DNA of 64,000 bases from a bacterium. Its GTDB lineage: Bacteria > UBA8248. The number at the start of each line of letters is the position of its first letter. Within the stretch, counting starts at the first letter, position 1. Below are positions 30,348-39,204 of the stretch, in pieces. Below the pieces are notes generated by a model, which was not told the DNA's origin, ran no database searches, and worked only from the letters and a program-made list of their open reading frames with translations. Position numbers and translations under genes: made by a program. The stretch lies in NCBI GenBank assembly GCA_965219955.1, contig OZ244799.1:3616001-3680000 (forward strand). Direction: 5' to 3'.

Positions 30348-31316
30348 ATGAGACGCACATTTTTAAGCATCGTCCTCGCAGTTGGAGTCGTATTCACCTT
30401 CGCCGCCGCCGCTTCGGCGCAGTCGGTCACCATTCTCGGCGGCGGCCTCAAGGGCCAGCCCTATCAGTTCGCCGTTGGGTTGAGCAAAATCCTCAAATCG
30501 AAGGCGGGCGTCAGCGCCACGCCGCAATCGGCCAAGGGCATGGTGGCGCAGGCGCGCATCATCGCCAAGGGCCAGGCGCAGTTCGCCTGGGGCCTGGGCG
30601 GTCCTGTGGGCGCGTGGGCCTATAAGGGAGAGCGGCGCTTCAAGAAAGAAGGCCCCAAGAAGAACCTGCGCGCCGTTCTGGCGTATCCCTTCGGTCAGTT
30701 CCAGTGGCTGGCTCTGGCGGACTCAGGGGTGATGAACCTCAAAGACGTCAAGGGCAAGAAGGTATCGGTGGGCTCGGCCGCCAGCACGACGCAGACCTAT
30801 GCGCGCTACTTCCTGCCCGCGCATGGCCTCAAGAAAGGCCAGTACAAAGAGAGCACGCCCGGCTTCCGTGGCGGCTTCGGACAGTTGCGAAACGGCAACG
30901 TCGCCGCCCACCTCACGATGGGCATGGCGCCGATGGGCCTCGTGCAGGAGTTGGCGGCGCTCAAGAAAATCCGTCTGGTGGACATGGACGAAGCGGCCGT
31001 GAAGCACGTGGTCGCCACCTACGGCCCCGGCCTCACGCCGACCACCATCGCGCCGGGAACCTACGGCAAGAACCAGGTGAACAAAAAGCCGATCCGCACC
31101 ATCTTCATCAATTTCGGCTTTTCCACCAGCACCCACGTGAGCGCCGACACCGTCTACAAGGTGACGAAAACCCTGTTCGGCAACCTCAAGGAATTCTACG
31201 GCACGGCCAAGGCGGCGAAGAACGTCACGCTCGCCGGCGCCTGCCAGGGGCTTTCCTTCCCGCTGCATGACGGCGCCAAGCGCTACTACAAGGAAGTGGG
31301 CGCCAAGGGCTGCTAG
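30348..31316 (+). CDS. TAXI-family TRAP solute-binding protein
   Basis: Signal peptide; DVKGKKVSVG, VYKVTK, PLHDGAKRYYKE. Confidence 0.9.
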   Translation: MRRTFLSIVLAVGVVFTFAAAASAQSVTILGGGLKGQPYQFAVGLSKILKSKAGVSATPQSAKGMVAQARIIAKGQAQFAWGLGGPVGAWAYKGERRFKKEGPKKNLRAVLAYPFGQFQWLALADSGVMNLKDVKGKKVSVGSAASTTQTYARYFLPAHGLKKGQYKESTPGFRGGFGQLRNGNVAAHLTMGMAPMGLVQELAALKKIRLVDMDEAAVKHVVATYGPGLTPTTIAPGTYGKNQVNKKPIRTIFINFGFSTSTHVSADTVYKVTKTLFGNLKEFYGTAKAAKNVTLAGACQGLSFPLHDGAKRYYKEVGAKGC

Positions 31317-31417
31317 GGCGTTCTGCGCGTTCTGAAAATCAGGACCCCCCTCACGGAATCGAATCAATCCGCGAGGGGGGCGGATTCTTGGCCTCATTTC
31401 CGAGGATGTGAACCGCA

Positions 31418-33820
31418 TTGGACGCCTACCGCAGGCTAAACGCCAAAATCGTAACGGCGCTCGCGCTGGGTTTTTCCCTGTTCGAACTCTACACCGTGGG
31501 ATTCGGGATTCTCTCCCCGTTCGCCCAGCGCGCGACCATGCTCGCCTTCGCGAGCGTGCTGGTGTTCCTCACGAAGCCCATGCTGGACTGGCGAGAGCGA
31601 GAGGATATGACGCCCCCCGCCCGCGCGCTCGCGGTCGGGTGGGACGCGCTTTTCATCGGCCTGGCTTTGTATGCCTGCATCTACCTCGTGGTCGAGGAAG
31701 AAGCGCTGGCGGACAGAAGCGGGGCCGAGACGGGGCTCGACCTCATCGTCGCCGGGCTCGGCCCCGTCATGCTGCTCGAGATGGTGCGCCGCGCTGCGGG
31801 CATCCCGCTGTTCCTGGTGACGCTGTGCATCGTGGTCTACGCCTACCTGGGCGACGTGACGCTCATCTTCTTCTCGTGCGTTCTCATATTCGCGGGACTC
31901 AGGAGATACGCGGGTCTCAAGATCGCGGTGGGCTTCGCCGCTCTCGCCGCCTTGTTCCTGCTATGGCCCGGACGCGGCTTTCTGGACCCGGCCATCTATA
32001 CGTTCAAGGGGGAGGAGCACAGCCGGCTCGCGGCATATCTGTGGCTCACCTCCGAGGGCACGTTCGGAACCATCTCGGCCATCATGAGCGAGTTCATCTT
32101 CATCTTCATCCTGTTCTCCGCCCTTCTGGAAGCCACGGGCACCGGGCAGATACTCATCAACCTTGCCTTCGCGCTCACGGGCCGGTTCCGGGGCGGACCC
32201 GCCCAGGCGGCGGTCGTCGCCAGTTCGATGTTCGGCATGGTCTCGGGCTCCACGATGGCCAACGTGGTGAGCACGGGCACGTTCACGATACCGCTCATGA
32301 TCCGCACCGGGTTCTCCCGCCTGTTCGCGGGCGCGGTGGAGGCGGTGGCCTCGTGCGGCGGGCAAATCGTGCCGCCCATCATGGGCGCGAGCGTCTTCAT
32401 CATGTCCGAGATCATCGAAGTCCCCTACGTCTACCTGATGCTCTACGGGCTGGTTCCCGCCTTTCTGTATTACTTCAGCCTCTCGACGTCGATATATTTC
32501 GAAGCGCGCAGGCTCGGCCTGAAAAGGATGGACGCTTCGGAAATACCCGACGCCCGTGAGCAGGTGCAGCAGGGGGGCTACCTTCTGATCCCCGTGCTGA
32601 TCCTGCTGGCCAGCATCGTGAGCGGCGAGACGCCGGGCCTGGCGGGATACAAGGCGGTGGTCTCGCTCCTGGTGATGGTGGACATGGTGCGCTCGCTGAG
32701 ATTCATACGGGCGCGGTGGGGGAACCGGGGCGCCTGTCTGGCGGGCGCTCTGATCCTGGCGGCCATCTTCTTCGCTTTCGGACCGGTGAGCGCCTCCGGC
32801 TTTATCTCGCAGAGCATCGCCCTGCCTGTTTTGGGAGAAGTCCAACTCCACAGGCTGGCGTTGGTGCTGCTCGGCGTCTGCTTCGCGCTGGTACCGGGGT
32901 GGCGGGGGCTTCCCATCGTCTTTCCCGTCGCGTTGGGTCTGGCGCGCTGGAAGATACCCACCGAACTCGCGTGGGTCGGACAGATTCCCTACGTCGGGCT
33001 TTTGCTGCCAATCGCGCTGTGTTGCGTGGCGGTTTTTCTGATCGCGCTGCCCGTGTTCCGGGCGGGGGAGACGCCCGAGGCGAAAGCGAGCGCGCGTGAT
33101 CTGGGCGGCGCCGTTTTGAGGAGCCTGGAGGCGGGCGCGAAAAATTCTTTGGGGCTGGTCGCCGCCACGTCGGCCATCGGCCTCATCGTCGGCCTGTTGG
33201 TGCTCGCAGCGGTCGGCGTGCGCATATCGATCCTGGTGACGGAGATGGCGGCGACGTCCTTGTTCCTGGCGTTTTTCCTGGTGATGATCGCCTCGCTCGT
33301 CATGGGCATGGGGCTTCCGACCATCGCCGCCTATCTGCTTCTGGTCATCGTGGTGGCGCCCTCGGTCACGAGTCTGGGCGCGCCGCTGGTGGCCGCGCAC
33401 TTCTTCATCTTCTACTTCGGGGTCATCAGCTCCATCACGCCGCCGGTGGCGCTCGCCGCCTACGGCGCGTCGGGCATATCGGGCGCGAACCCGATGCAGA
33501 CGGGCTTCACCGCCTGCAGGCTGGCGGTCACCGCCTTCATCGTGCCCTACCTGTTCGTCTACTACCCCGAACTCCTTTTGCTCGAGGGGACGTTCTGGAC
33601 GGTGGCCTACCGCCTGGCCGTCAGTTGCGCAGGCATCGCGCTTCTCTCGATGGCGACGATGGGATTCGGCAGGGCGCCCATGACCAACGCGCTGCGGACC
33701 GTGATGACGGGCGCGTCGCTCCTCCTGTTCCTGGGGCCCGCGTGGCTGCACGTTCTGGGACTGGCCGCGGGAGGCGCGGTCCTGTTCCGGCAAAAGGCGG
33801 ATGGAGAGGGCGTTACCTGA
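31418..33820 (+). CDS. TRAP transporter fused 4TM/12TM permease (TAXI type)
   Basis: RGGPAQAAVVAS, GGQIVPPIMGA, GMGLPT, ITPPVALAAY. Confidence 0.92.
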   Translation: MDAYRRLNAKIVTALALGFSLFELYTVGFGILSPFAQRATMLAFASVLVFLTKPMLDWREREDMTPPARALAVGWDALFIGLALYACIYLVVEEEALADRSGAETGLDLIVAGLGPVMLLEMVRRAAGIPLFLVTLCIVVYAYLGDVTLIFFSCVLIFAGLRRYAGLKIAVGFAALAALFLLWPGRGFLDPAIYTFKGEEHSRLAAYLWLTSEGTFGTISAIMSEFIFIFILFSALLEATGTGQILINLAFALTGRFRGGPAQAAVVASSMFGMVSGSTMANVVSTGTFTIPLMIRTGFSRLFAGAVEAVASCGGQIVPPIMGASVFIMSEIIEVPYVYLMLYGLVPAFLYYFSLSTSIYFEARRLGLKRMDASEIPDAREQVQQGGYLLIPVLILLASIVSGETPGLAGYKAVVSLLVMVDMVRSLRFIRARWGNRGACLAGALILAAIFFAFGPVSASGFISQSIALPVLGEVQLHRLALVLLGVCFALVPGWRGLPIVFPVALGLARWKIPTELAWVGQIPYVGLLLPIALCCVAVFLIALPVFRAGETPEAKASARDLGGAVLRSLEAGAKNSLGLVAATSAIGLIVGLLVLAAVGVRISILVTEMAATSLFLAFFLVMIASLVMGMGLPTIAAYLLLVIVVAPSVTSLGAPLVAAHFFIFYFGVISSITPPVALAAYGASGISGANPMQTGFTACRLAVTAFIVPYLFVYYPELLLLEGTFWTVAYRLAVSCAGIALLSMATMGFGRAPMTNALRTVMTGASLLLFLGPAWLHVLGLAAGGAVLFRQKADGEGVT

Positions 33821-35429
33821 CGGTCTCTTTTTTCGCTTCCTCGACTTCCTGCGGGAAGAGCGCCGCGTGGGTTTCCTCGAAAAGATGTTTCCCGACGGCG
33901 AGTTGCATGGTGGCGGGCATGACCTTTTTGGCGAGTTTGATCATCTGCGTGGATTTGTCGCGGATGTCCCACTGGGCGTGAGGGTCTTCCCTGAGCCTCG
34001 ATACGTGGTAGAGCTCGCGCGCGTTCGAGGAGAACAGCACGCGGCGTTTGTGCGCGTTTGTGAGCACGTAGGGCGCGGCGGTCGGGGTTTGCGCGGCGAT
34101 CTTCTCGTACGCGGCGTTGGTTTCATCCACGGCGGCCTGAAACTCGAGTTCTGCGCCCGCTTCTGTGATTGACGAGGGCACCGTCACGCCCAGAGAGATG
34201 TCGTAGGGCTGGGTGTTCAGGGTGGACATGCGGTGGCGCTTGAGCTGCCCGAAACAGGCGGCGGAGAGCGTCACCTCGAACACGCAGCGCACGTTCTCGA
34301 ATTCGCGGAGCACGGCGTCGTGACCGCGCATGAGCCGGAAGGTGGAGGCGATGAAGCGCGCGCGCTCCTCCGCGCTCATCTCCCGGGCCGCCGCCTTGCA
34401 CCGCGACATCGTTTTCCCTGAGGATGAATGGAGGAGCGCCGCGGCGATGAGCGCGTCCGCGTCCGGGGTGACGTCGATGAGGGAGACGTCCTTCTCCGCG
34501 GCGATGGGCGGAACCGGCTCGGTCTCCTCGTCCACTCGCCCCAGGATGTCGGAGGCCGCCTCGCGCAGCGCCGCGCGGGTATGCATGTTGTATTCGGTGG
34601 GGTCGGTGTATTTCACGAGCGAGGGCGCGACGCCCTCGACGCATTCATACAGACGGCGCGCGTATTCCCTGATTTCCGCGAGAGGGTGCGAGGCGCAGCG
34701 GCAGATGACGTGCTCGAGGCTCCTCGCGCTGAGCGTCATGCCGATTTGCGATTCGGTGGCGAAAGAGACGATGTAGCGCGCGTCCTCCTTGGCCCAGCCC
34801 TCCAGCGTCTTGTGGTTTCTCTTCTTCGCGGCGAGTTCGGGGTTCTGGTCGAACACCCAGGGCCTCAGTTTTTCATACAGCGCGTGATAACAGGCGTTCT
34901 GGGCCTTTATCGTCCGCACGAACAGGCCCTTCATGCCCGCTGTTTCGATTTCCTCAGGAATCACGAAATCGTCTTCCAGCAGGATGTAGCGCTGGCTCTT
35001 CTCCGTGTAGGCGAGGAGCCTGAACTTCTGGATCTCCTCCACCGCGTAGCGGCTCACGCCGATGACGTCGATGTTGAAGCTCGCGTGCTCGGCCACGGAA
35101 CTGTGGCCATAGCCGAAGATGATGGTCTGGTTGCTCTTTCTCGCCTTTTCCACCTCTTCGCGCGCGATGGCGCGGAGTTCGTCGATGGGCCGCGGATCCC
35201 GGCTGATGCGCGCGTAGGACGCGCTGATGGGCTCGGGCGTCAGGTTGTCGCGTTCCAGGAAATCGGCGGCCCTGCGCTGGAGTTCCGCCGTCTGCGCGCG
35301 CAGTTCGGCCTCGCTCATGGCGTCGAGGCGGCTTTCCTCCCAGCCGCGGGCGGCGGGCTCGATGATCTCTTTTTTCATCTGGCGGAGAACGTCGACGTCG
35401 ACGTTGTGACCGGCGAGAACGATGCGCAT
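33813..35429 (-). CDS. thyX: FAD-dependent thymidylate synthase, tandem two-domain form
   Basis: GHSSVAEHA, EKSQRY, EDARY in domain 1; LKRHRMST and LREDPHAQW in domain 2. Confidence 0.88.
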   Translation of the reverse strand: MRIVLAGHNVDVDVLRQMKKEIIEPAARGWEESRLDAMSEAELRAQTAELQRRAADFLERDNLTPEPISASYARISRDPRPIDELRAIAREEVEKARKSNQTIIFGYGHSSVAEHASFNIDVIGVSRYAVEEIQKFRLLAYTEKSQRYILLEDDFVIPEEIETAGMKGLFVRTIKAQNACYHALYEKLRPWVFDQNPELAAKKRNHKTLEGWAKEDARYIVSFATESQIGMTLSARSLEHVICRCASHPLAEIREYARRLYECVEGVAPSLVKYTDPTEYNMHTRAALREAASDILGRVDEETEPVPPIAAEKDVSLIDVTPDADALIAAALLHSSSGKTMSRCKAAAREMSAEERARFIASTFRLMRGHDAVLREFENVRCVFEVTLSAACFGQLKRHRMSTLNTQPYDISLGVTVPSSITEAGAELEFQAAVDETNAAYEKIAAQTPTAAPYVLTNAHKRRVLFSSNARELYHVSRLREDPHAQWDIRDKSTQMIKLAKKVMPATMQLAVGKHLFEETHAALFPQEVEEAKKETVR

Positions 35430-35674
35430 GTGAAAGGCCGTTTCCCGAGCGGCGGGCGTTGCTTCCGGTTCATTGAATTTCTGGAAGCGCCATTATGAAC
35501 CTTGAGCCCCGAAAGAACAAGCGGCGAATTTCAGAGGGGCGACCACGCGGTGTTTGCTCGTGGGGCTTCACTCCTTAGTTGCGATTTTTCAAGGGTTTTG
35601 GGATGATATTTTTCTTTGCTGCCGCTGAAGAGCCGACGCGCAATGCGTGGCCCTTTTGAGAAAAGAGGAGATTC

Positions 35675-37009
35675 GTGAACTCTCTCATCGCCCGAGCCAT
35701 TTCCGTTCTCATCATTCTTGCATCTTTCGGCTTGAACATCGCGGCCTCCGAAGCCGGGCGTCCGCGCAAGCGGCCCCCGCCGCTGGTGTCCGTGGCGAAG
35801 GTGGTGGAGCGCCAGGTGAGAAACCGCCTCACCGCCGTGGGCAGCGTGGCGCCCTACCGCCGCTCGGTCGTAAGCAGCGAACTCGAAGGCCGGGTGCAGT
35901 CGGCCCCGATCAAAGTGGGCGATTTCGTCCGCGCGAACGAGACGGTGCTCGCCACGGTGGGGCGATCGGGTCTCCAGATTGATCTGCGCATCCTGCGGGC
36001 GGAACTGGAGAAGGCGCGCCAGGACCTTCTGCGCCTGGAGCGCGGAAAGCGTCCCGAGGAGATCGCGGCGCTCCAGGCCAAGGTTCGCGAGCGCGAAGCG
36101 CAGATGAGGAACAACGAACTCGAACTCAACCGCGCGCGGGATCTGTATGAGAAGAAAATTCTGGACAAGGCCAGCTTCGATCGCGCCGAGGCCGTCTACG
36201 AGGCCAGTTGGCAGTTGTTCGAGGAGGCCTCCCGCAACCTGGAGATAGCCAGACTCGGCCCCCGGAGGGAGGAGAAGGCCCGCGCCAAGGCGGAGGTGGA
36301 CAGGGTGCGGGCGCGCGTCGCCCGGGTGCGCGACGATCTCGCCAAGACGAAAATTCGCTCCCCGCTCACGGGTTTCATCACCCAGGAGTGGGTGGAGGTC
36401 GGCCAGTGGCTCACCAAGGGGGGCCGCGTGGCCGAAGTCATCGAACTCGACAAGGTGCTGGTGCAGGCCCCGATTGCGGAGCGGCGCATATCCCTGGTTC
36501 GGGTGGGCGATGAGGCGCGCGTCGTCATCGACGCCCTGGGGGGCCGGACGTTCAGGGGCCGGGTGCGCGGCGTCATCCCCAAGGCGGACCCCAAGAGCCG
36601 GACCTTCCCGGTGGAAGTGGAGATAGCGAACACCGAGTCCTACGACCTCAAGGCCGGCATGTTCGCCCGCCTGAGCCTCGAATACGGAAAGGCGGCCAAG
36701 GTGCTGTTGGTGCCCAAGGACGCCATGATCCTGAGAGCGCGTGGCGCATCGGTCTTCGTCTTCGAGAAAGGGCGCGTTCGCGAGGTTTCCTTCACACAGG
36801 GCAGAAGCGTGGATTCCTTCGTGGAGGTCACCGGCGGCGCGCTCGGGGCCGGTATGCAGGTGGTGGTGAAAGGGAACGAAAACCTGAGAGCCGGCATGCC
36901 CGTTCGCCTGCAGGGCCGGGGCGGCCGGCCCGGCGCGCGAGGACCCGGAGGCGCTCCCCGCAGAGGCGGGAAACCCACCGCCGCTTCCCGGCGCGGCGCC
37001 GGGGGGTGA
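35675..37009 (+). CDS. RND efflux periplasmic adaptor (MFP)
   Basis: SSELEGRV, long coiled coil, IRSPLTG, SRTFPV, LKAGMFAR. Confidence 0.92.
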   Translation: MNSLIARAISVLIILASFGLNIAASEAGRPRKRPPPLVSVAKVVERQVRNRLTAVGSVAPYRRSVVSSELEGRVQSAPIKVGDFVRANETVLATVGRSGLQIDLRILRAELEKARQDLLRLERGKRPEEIAALQAKVREREAQMRNNELELNRARDLYEKKILDKASFDRAEAVYEASWQLFEEASRNLEIARLGPRREEKARAKAEVDRVRARVARVRDDLAKTKIRSPLTGFITQEWVEVGQWLTKGGRVAEVIELDKVLVQAPIAERRISLVRVGDEARVVIDALGGRTFRGRVRGVIPKADPKSRTFPVEVEIANTESYDLKAGMFARLSLEYGKAAKVLLVPKDAMILRARGASVFVFEKGRVREVSFTQGRSVDSFVEVTGGALGAGMQVVVKGNENLRAGMPVRLQGRGGRPGARGPGGAPRRGGKPTAASRRGAGG

Positions 37010-37087
37010 AGCGCTCGCGTCTAACGCGGGTTCGCTATCCGGTGGCGCGTGAATCTCCGACCTTGTGATGGGTCCTCGGCGGTCCGA

Positions 37088-37705
37088 TCACGAGGTGGCT
37101 TCAATCAGGGCATCGTGGAATTTAGCGAAGCTATGCGATTTGTTTCGAGCGGGTTCCATGTGTTCGGCAATGGCTTGAGCCGCTTCGATTTTTCGTAACC
37201 CGGTTCTGAAGTACCCACCGTTATTCAAAATTCGTTCGAAGGCCTCCCAAGTACCACCGGAGATAGCGTCGGGATCGCGATATTTCGCCTGTTGCGGAAT
37301 GGTTTTTGATATTCCTGGATAAGCGCGACGGACGGCTTCCCAATCGCCGAAGTACCACGCTTCGAGTTCCTCGATGACGATGCGGTTGACCACTTGCCAG
37401 GTAAAACCGTCGGTTTGCGAGCGCGTGCTGAGGCCCGATGAATTCGCTATATCTTCGAGCTTTTGCTTGAGATCATGACAATCTTCATCGTCGCGGTCGA
37501 CCATAACGACTATTCGCCCGTTGGACGGCAACCAATGTCGATATCCACGAAGGCGGGCTTCCAGCTTTTTAAGTAAGTCGGATTTGCCTTGGAACACATG
37601 AATCTCAAATGTGTGTTCGTTTGAAAACAACTGTGGGAGCAGAATACGAAGAAACGCCTCTATAGATGGTTCTTCAACCAAAAACTCGATATGTTGCGCC
37701 GTCAT
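37088..37705 (-). CDS. DUF4276 family protein (TOPRIM-like putative nuclease)
   Basis: FLVEEPS, FQGKSDLLKKL, VDRDDED, IEELEAWYFGD, NKSHSF; lower GC than flanks. Confidence 0.85.
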   Translation of the reverse strand: MTAQHIEFLVEEPSIEAFLRILLPQLFSNEHTFEIHVFQGKSDLLKKLEARLRGYRHWLPSNGRIVVMVDRDDEDCHDLKQKLEDIANSSGLSTRSQTDGFTWQVVNRIVIEELEAWYFGDWEAVRRAYPGISKTIPQQAKYRDPDAISGGTWEAFERILNNGGYFRTGLRKIEAAQAIAEHMEPARNKSHSFAKFHDALIEATS

Positions 37706-37713
37706 TTGATGTA

Positions 37714-38946
37714 CTAAGTGAGCTTGCTGAGATTGGCGTCATGTTGCTTCAGTGGGTCTCCCACTCCGAAATACCCCTCCATCCACAAGTCCCCGAGCAG
37801 AGCGCCTTCTTTCATAAACTCTGGGACACCGCTCAGCTCGTCGGCGCGTCGCGTTTGGGTGTAGCCTTTTTCATCGCGCCACAGAACGCGCACTTCTTCG
37901 GCGCGCAGCGCGTCGAGAAAGAACGGCGAGTGCGTGGTAACCAGCAATTGCGCGTGCTCACAGGCCGCCCGGCATTCCTCGGCCAGTCCGGGAAGCAACC
38001 TTGGATGAAGAAAGTTCTCCGGTTCCTCGATGCCGATGAATGGCGGCGGTGTTGGATCGTATAGCAACACGAGATAGGCCAGCATCTTCAACGTGCCGTC
38101 GGAGGCGAAGCGAGCCAGCAGGGGTTGTTCGAACGGGGCGTCCTTGATTTGCAGCAGTAGTCGCCCGTCGGGCATGGGGTCGGCCAGGACTTTTTCGATG
38201 CGCGGCACGCGCTTGCGCAGCGCGTCGAAGATGCGGTCGAGTCGATCCCCGTGTTGCTCGCTCAAATACTGGATGACGTTGGCGAGATTATCGCCGGTCT
38301 TGCTCAACCGTTCCTGCGGTCCCGCTTCGGGCTGGCCGCGCGCGCTGTCGGCGGAGAGGTAGGATACGTACCAGCCCATGATGAAGTCGCGCAAAGCCGC
38401 CACGCGCGGATGATCCTGAAATTGTCCGAGCGCATTGACCGCCAATAGATCGGGAGAATTCAAGGGGATATCTTCTTTTTGGCCTTTGCTGTCAGGCATT
38501 GCGCCGCTGATTGCCTGACCTTGTCCCGCACGATATTCGAGAAAGCGAAACGGCGCCCCGTAACTGCCTCGCTTCCATCTAAGCCATTCATAGACGACTA
38601 CTGGTACGCCACCACGCTCATCGACAGATAAATGGTAGGTGATAAGCGGTTCCCGTGGTTTTTCACGATACTTGATTTCAATTGTCAAAGGTTCTTTTGC
38701 ACCACGAGTTTTTAGTTCCTTGGCCCGCCCCCGTCTGTCCCAGGCGCGCCGCAGGCCCGACTCGAAACACTCCGCGAGGAACGCGAACACGTCGAATACC
38801 GTGGACTTTCCGCTGCCGTTGGGACCCAGCAACGCTGTCATGGGTGTCAGTTTCTTGAACTCTACGTCGCGTAAAGCGCGGAAGTTCTGTACTTTCAGAT
38901 ATTCGATTCTCGGCGTCGCGGTCGTTTGTGAAGCGCTTCGATTCAT
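37714..38946 (-). CDS. AAA_21/ABC-type ATPase
   Basis: [38 protein letters not shown]. Confidence 0.92.
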   Translation of the reverse strand: MNRSASQTTATPRIEYLKVQNFRALRDVEFKKLTPMTALLGPNGSGKSTVFDVFAFLAECFESGLRRAWDRRGRAKELKTRGAKEPLTIEIKYREKPREPLITYHLSVDERGGVPVVVYEWLRWKRGSYGAPFRFLEYRAGQGQAISGAMPDSKGQKEDIPLNSPDLLAVNALGQFQDHPRVAALRDFIMGWYVSYLSADSARGQPEAGPQERLSKTGDNLANVIQYLSEQHGDRLDRIFDALRKRVPRIEKVLADPMPDGRLLLQIKDAPFEQPLLARFASDGTLKMLAYLVLLYDPTPPPFIGIEEPENFLHPRLLPGLAEECRAACEHAQLLVTTHSPFFLDALRAEEVRVLWRDEKGYTQTRRADELSGVPEFMKEGALLGDLWMEGYFGVGDPLKQHDANLSKLT

Positions 38947-39204
38947 CTCATCGTATCCACTGAATTCTCGCTATCCGAAAACGATGCTACAGCGCATCGC
39001 CCCGAGTCGTTTGGCGAGTTTTTCCGTACGGCGATTATGGCACGACGGACGGGATAATCAACCATCTTTCCGAGAGATAGCCCTTGTCACGTGGATGGGA
39101 TATGCTATCTTTTTCAGTTTTAGACCGGACATATAAGATAAGATAGATGAACACAGTTGCCTATATGAGCGAGTGAAAGAAAGGCCGCCGATGAAGGAGA
39201 GGGG

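Noticed and set aside
37010-37087. Possible integron attC site (GTTAGAC on the minus strand downstream of DUF4276)
   Set aside because: No matching RYYYAAC inverse core or convincing L-box stem; no integrase or cassette array.
39038-39053. TGGCACG as a sigma54 promoter for the RND permease
   Set aside because: No GC at the -12 position.
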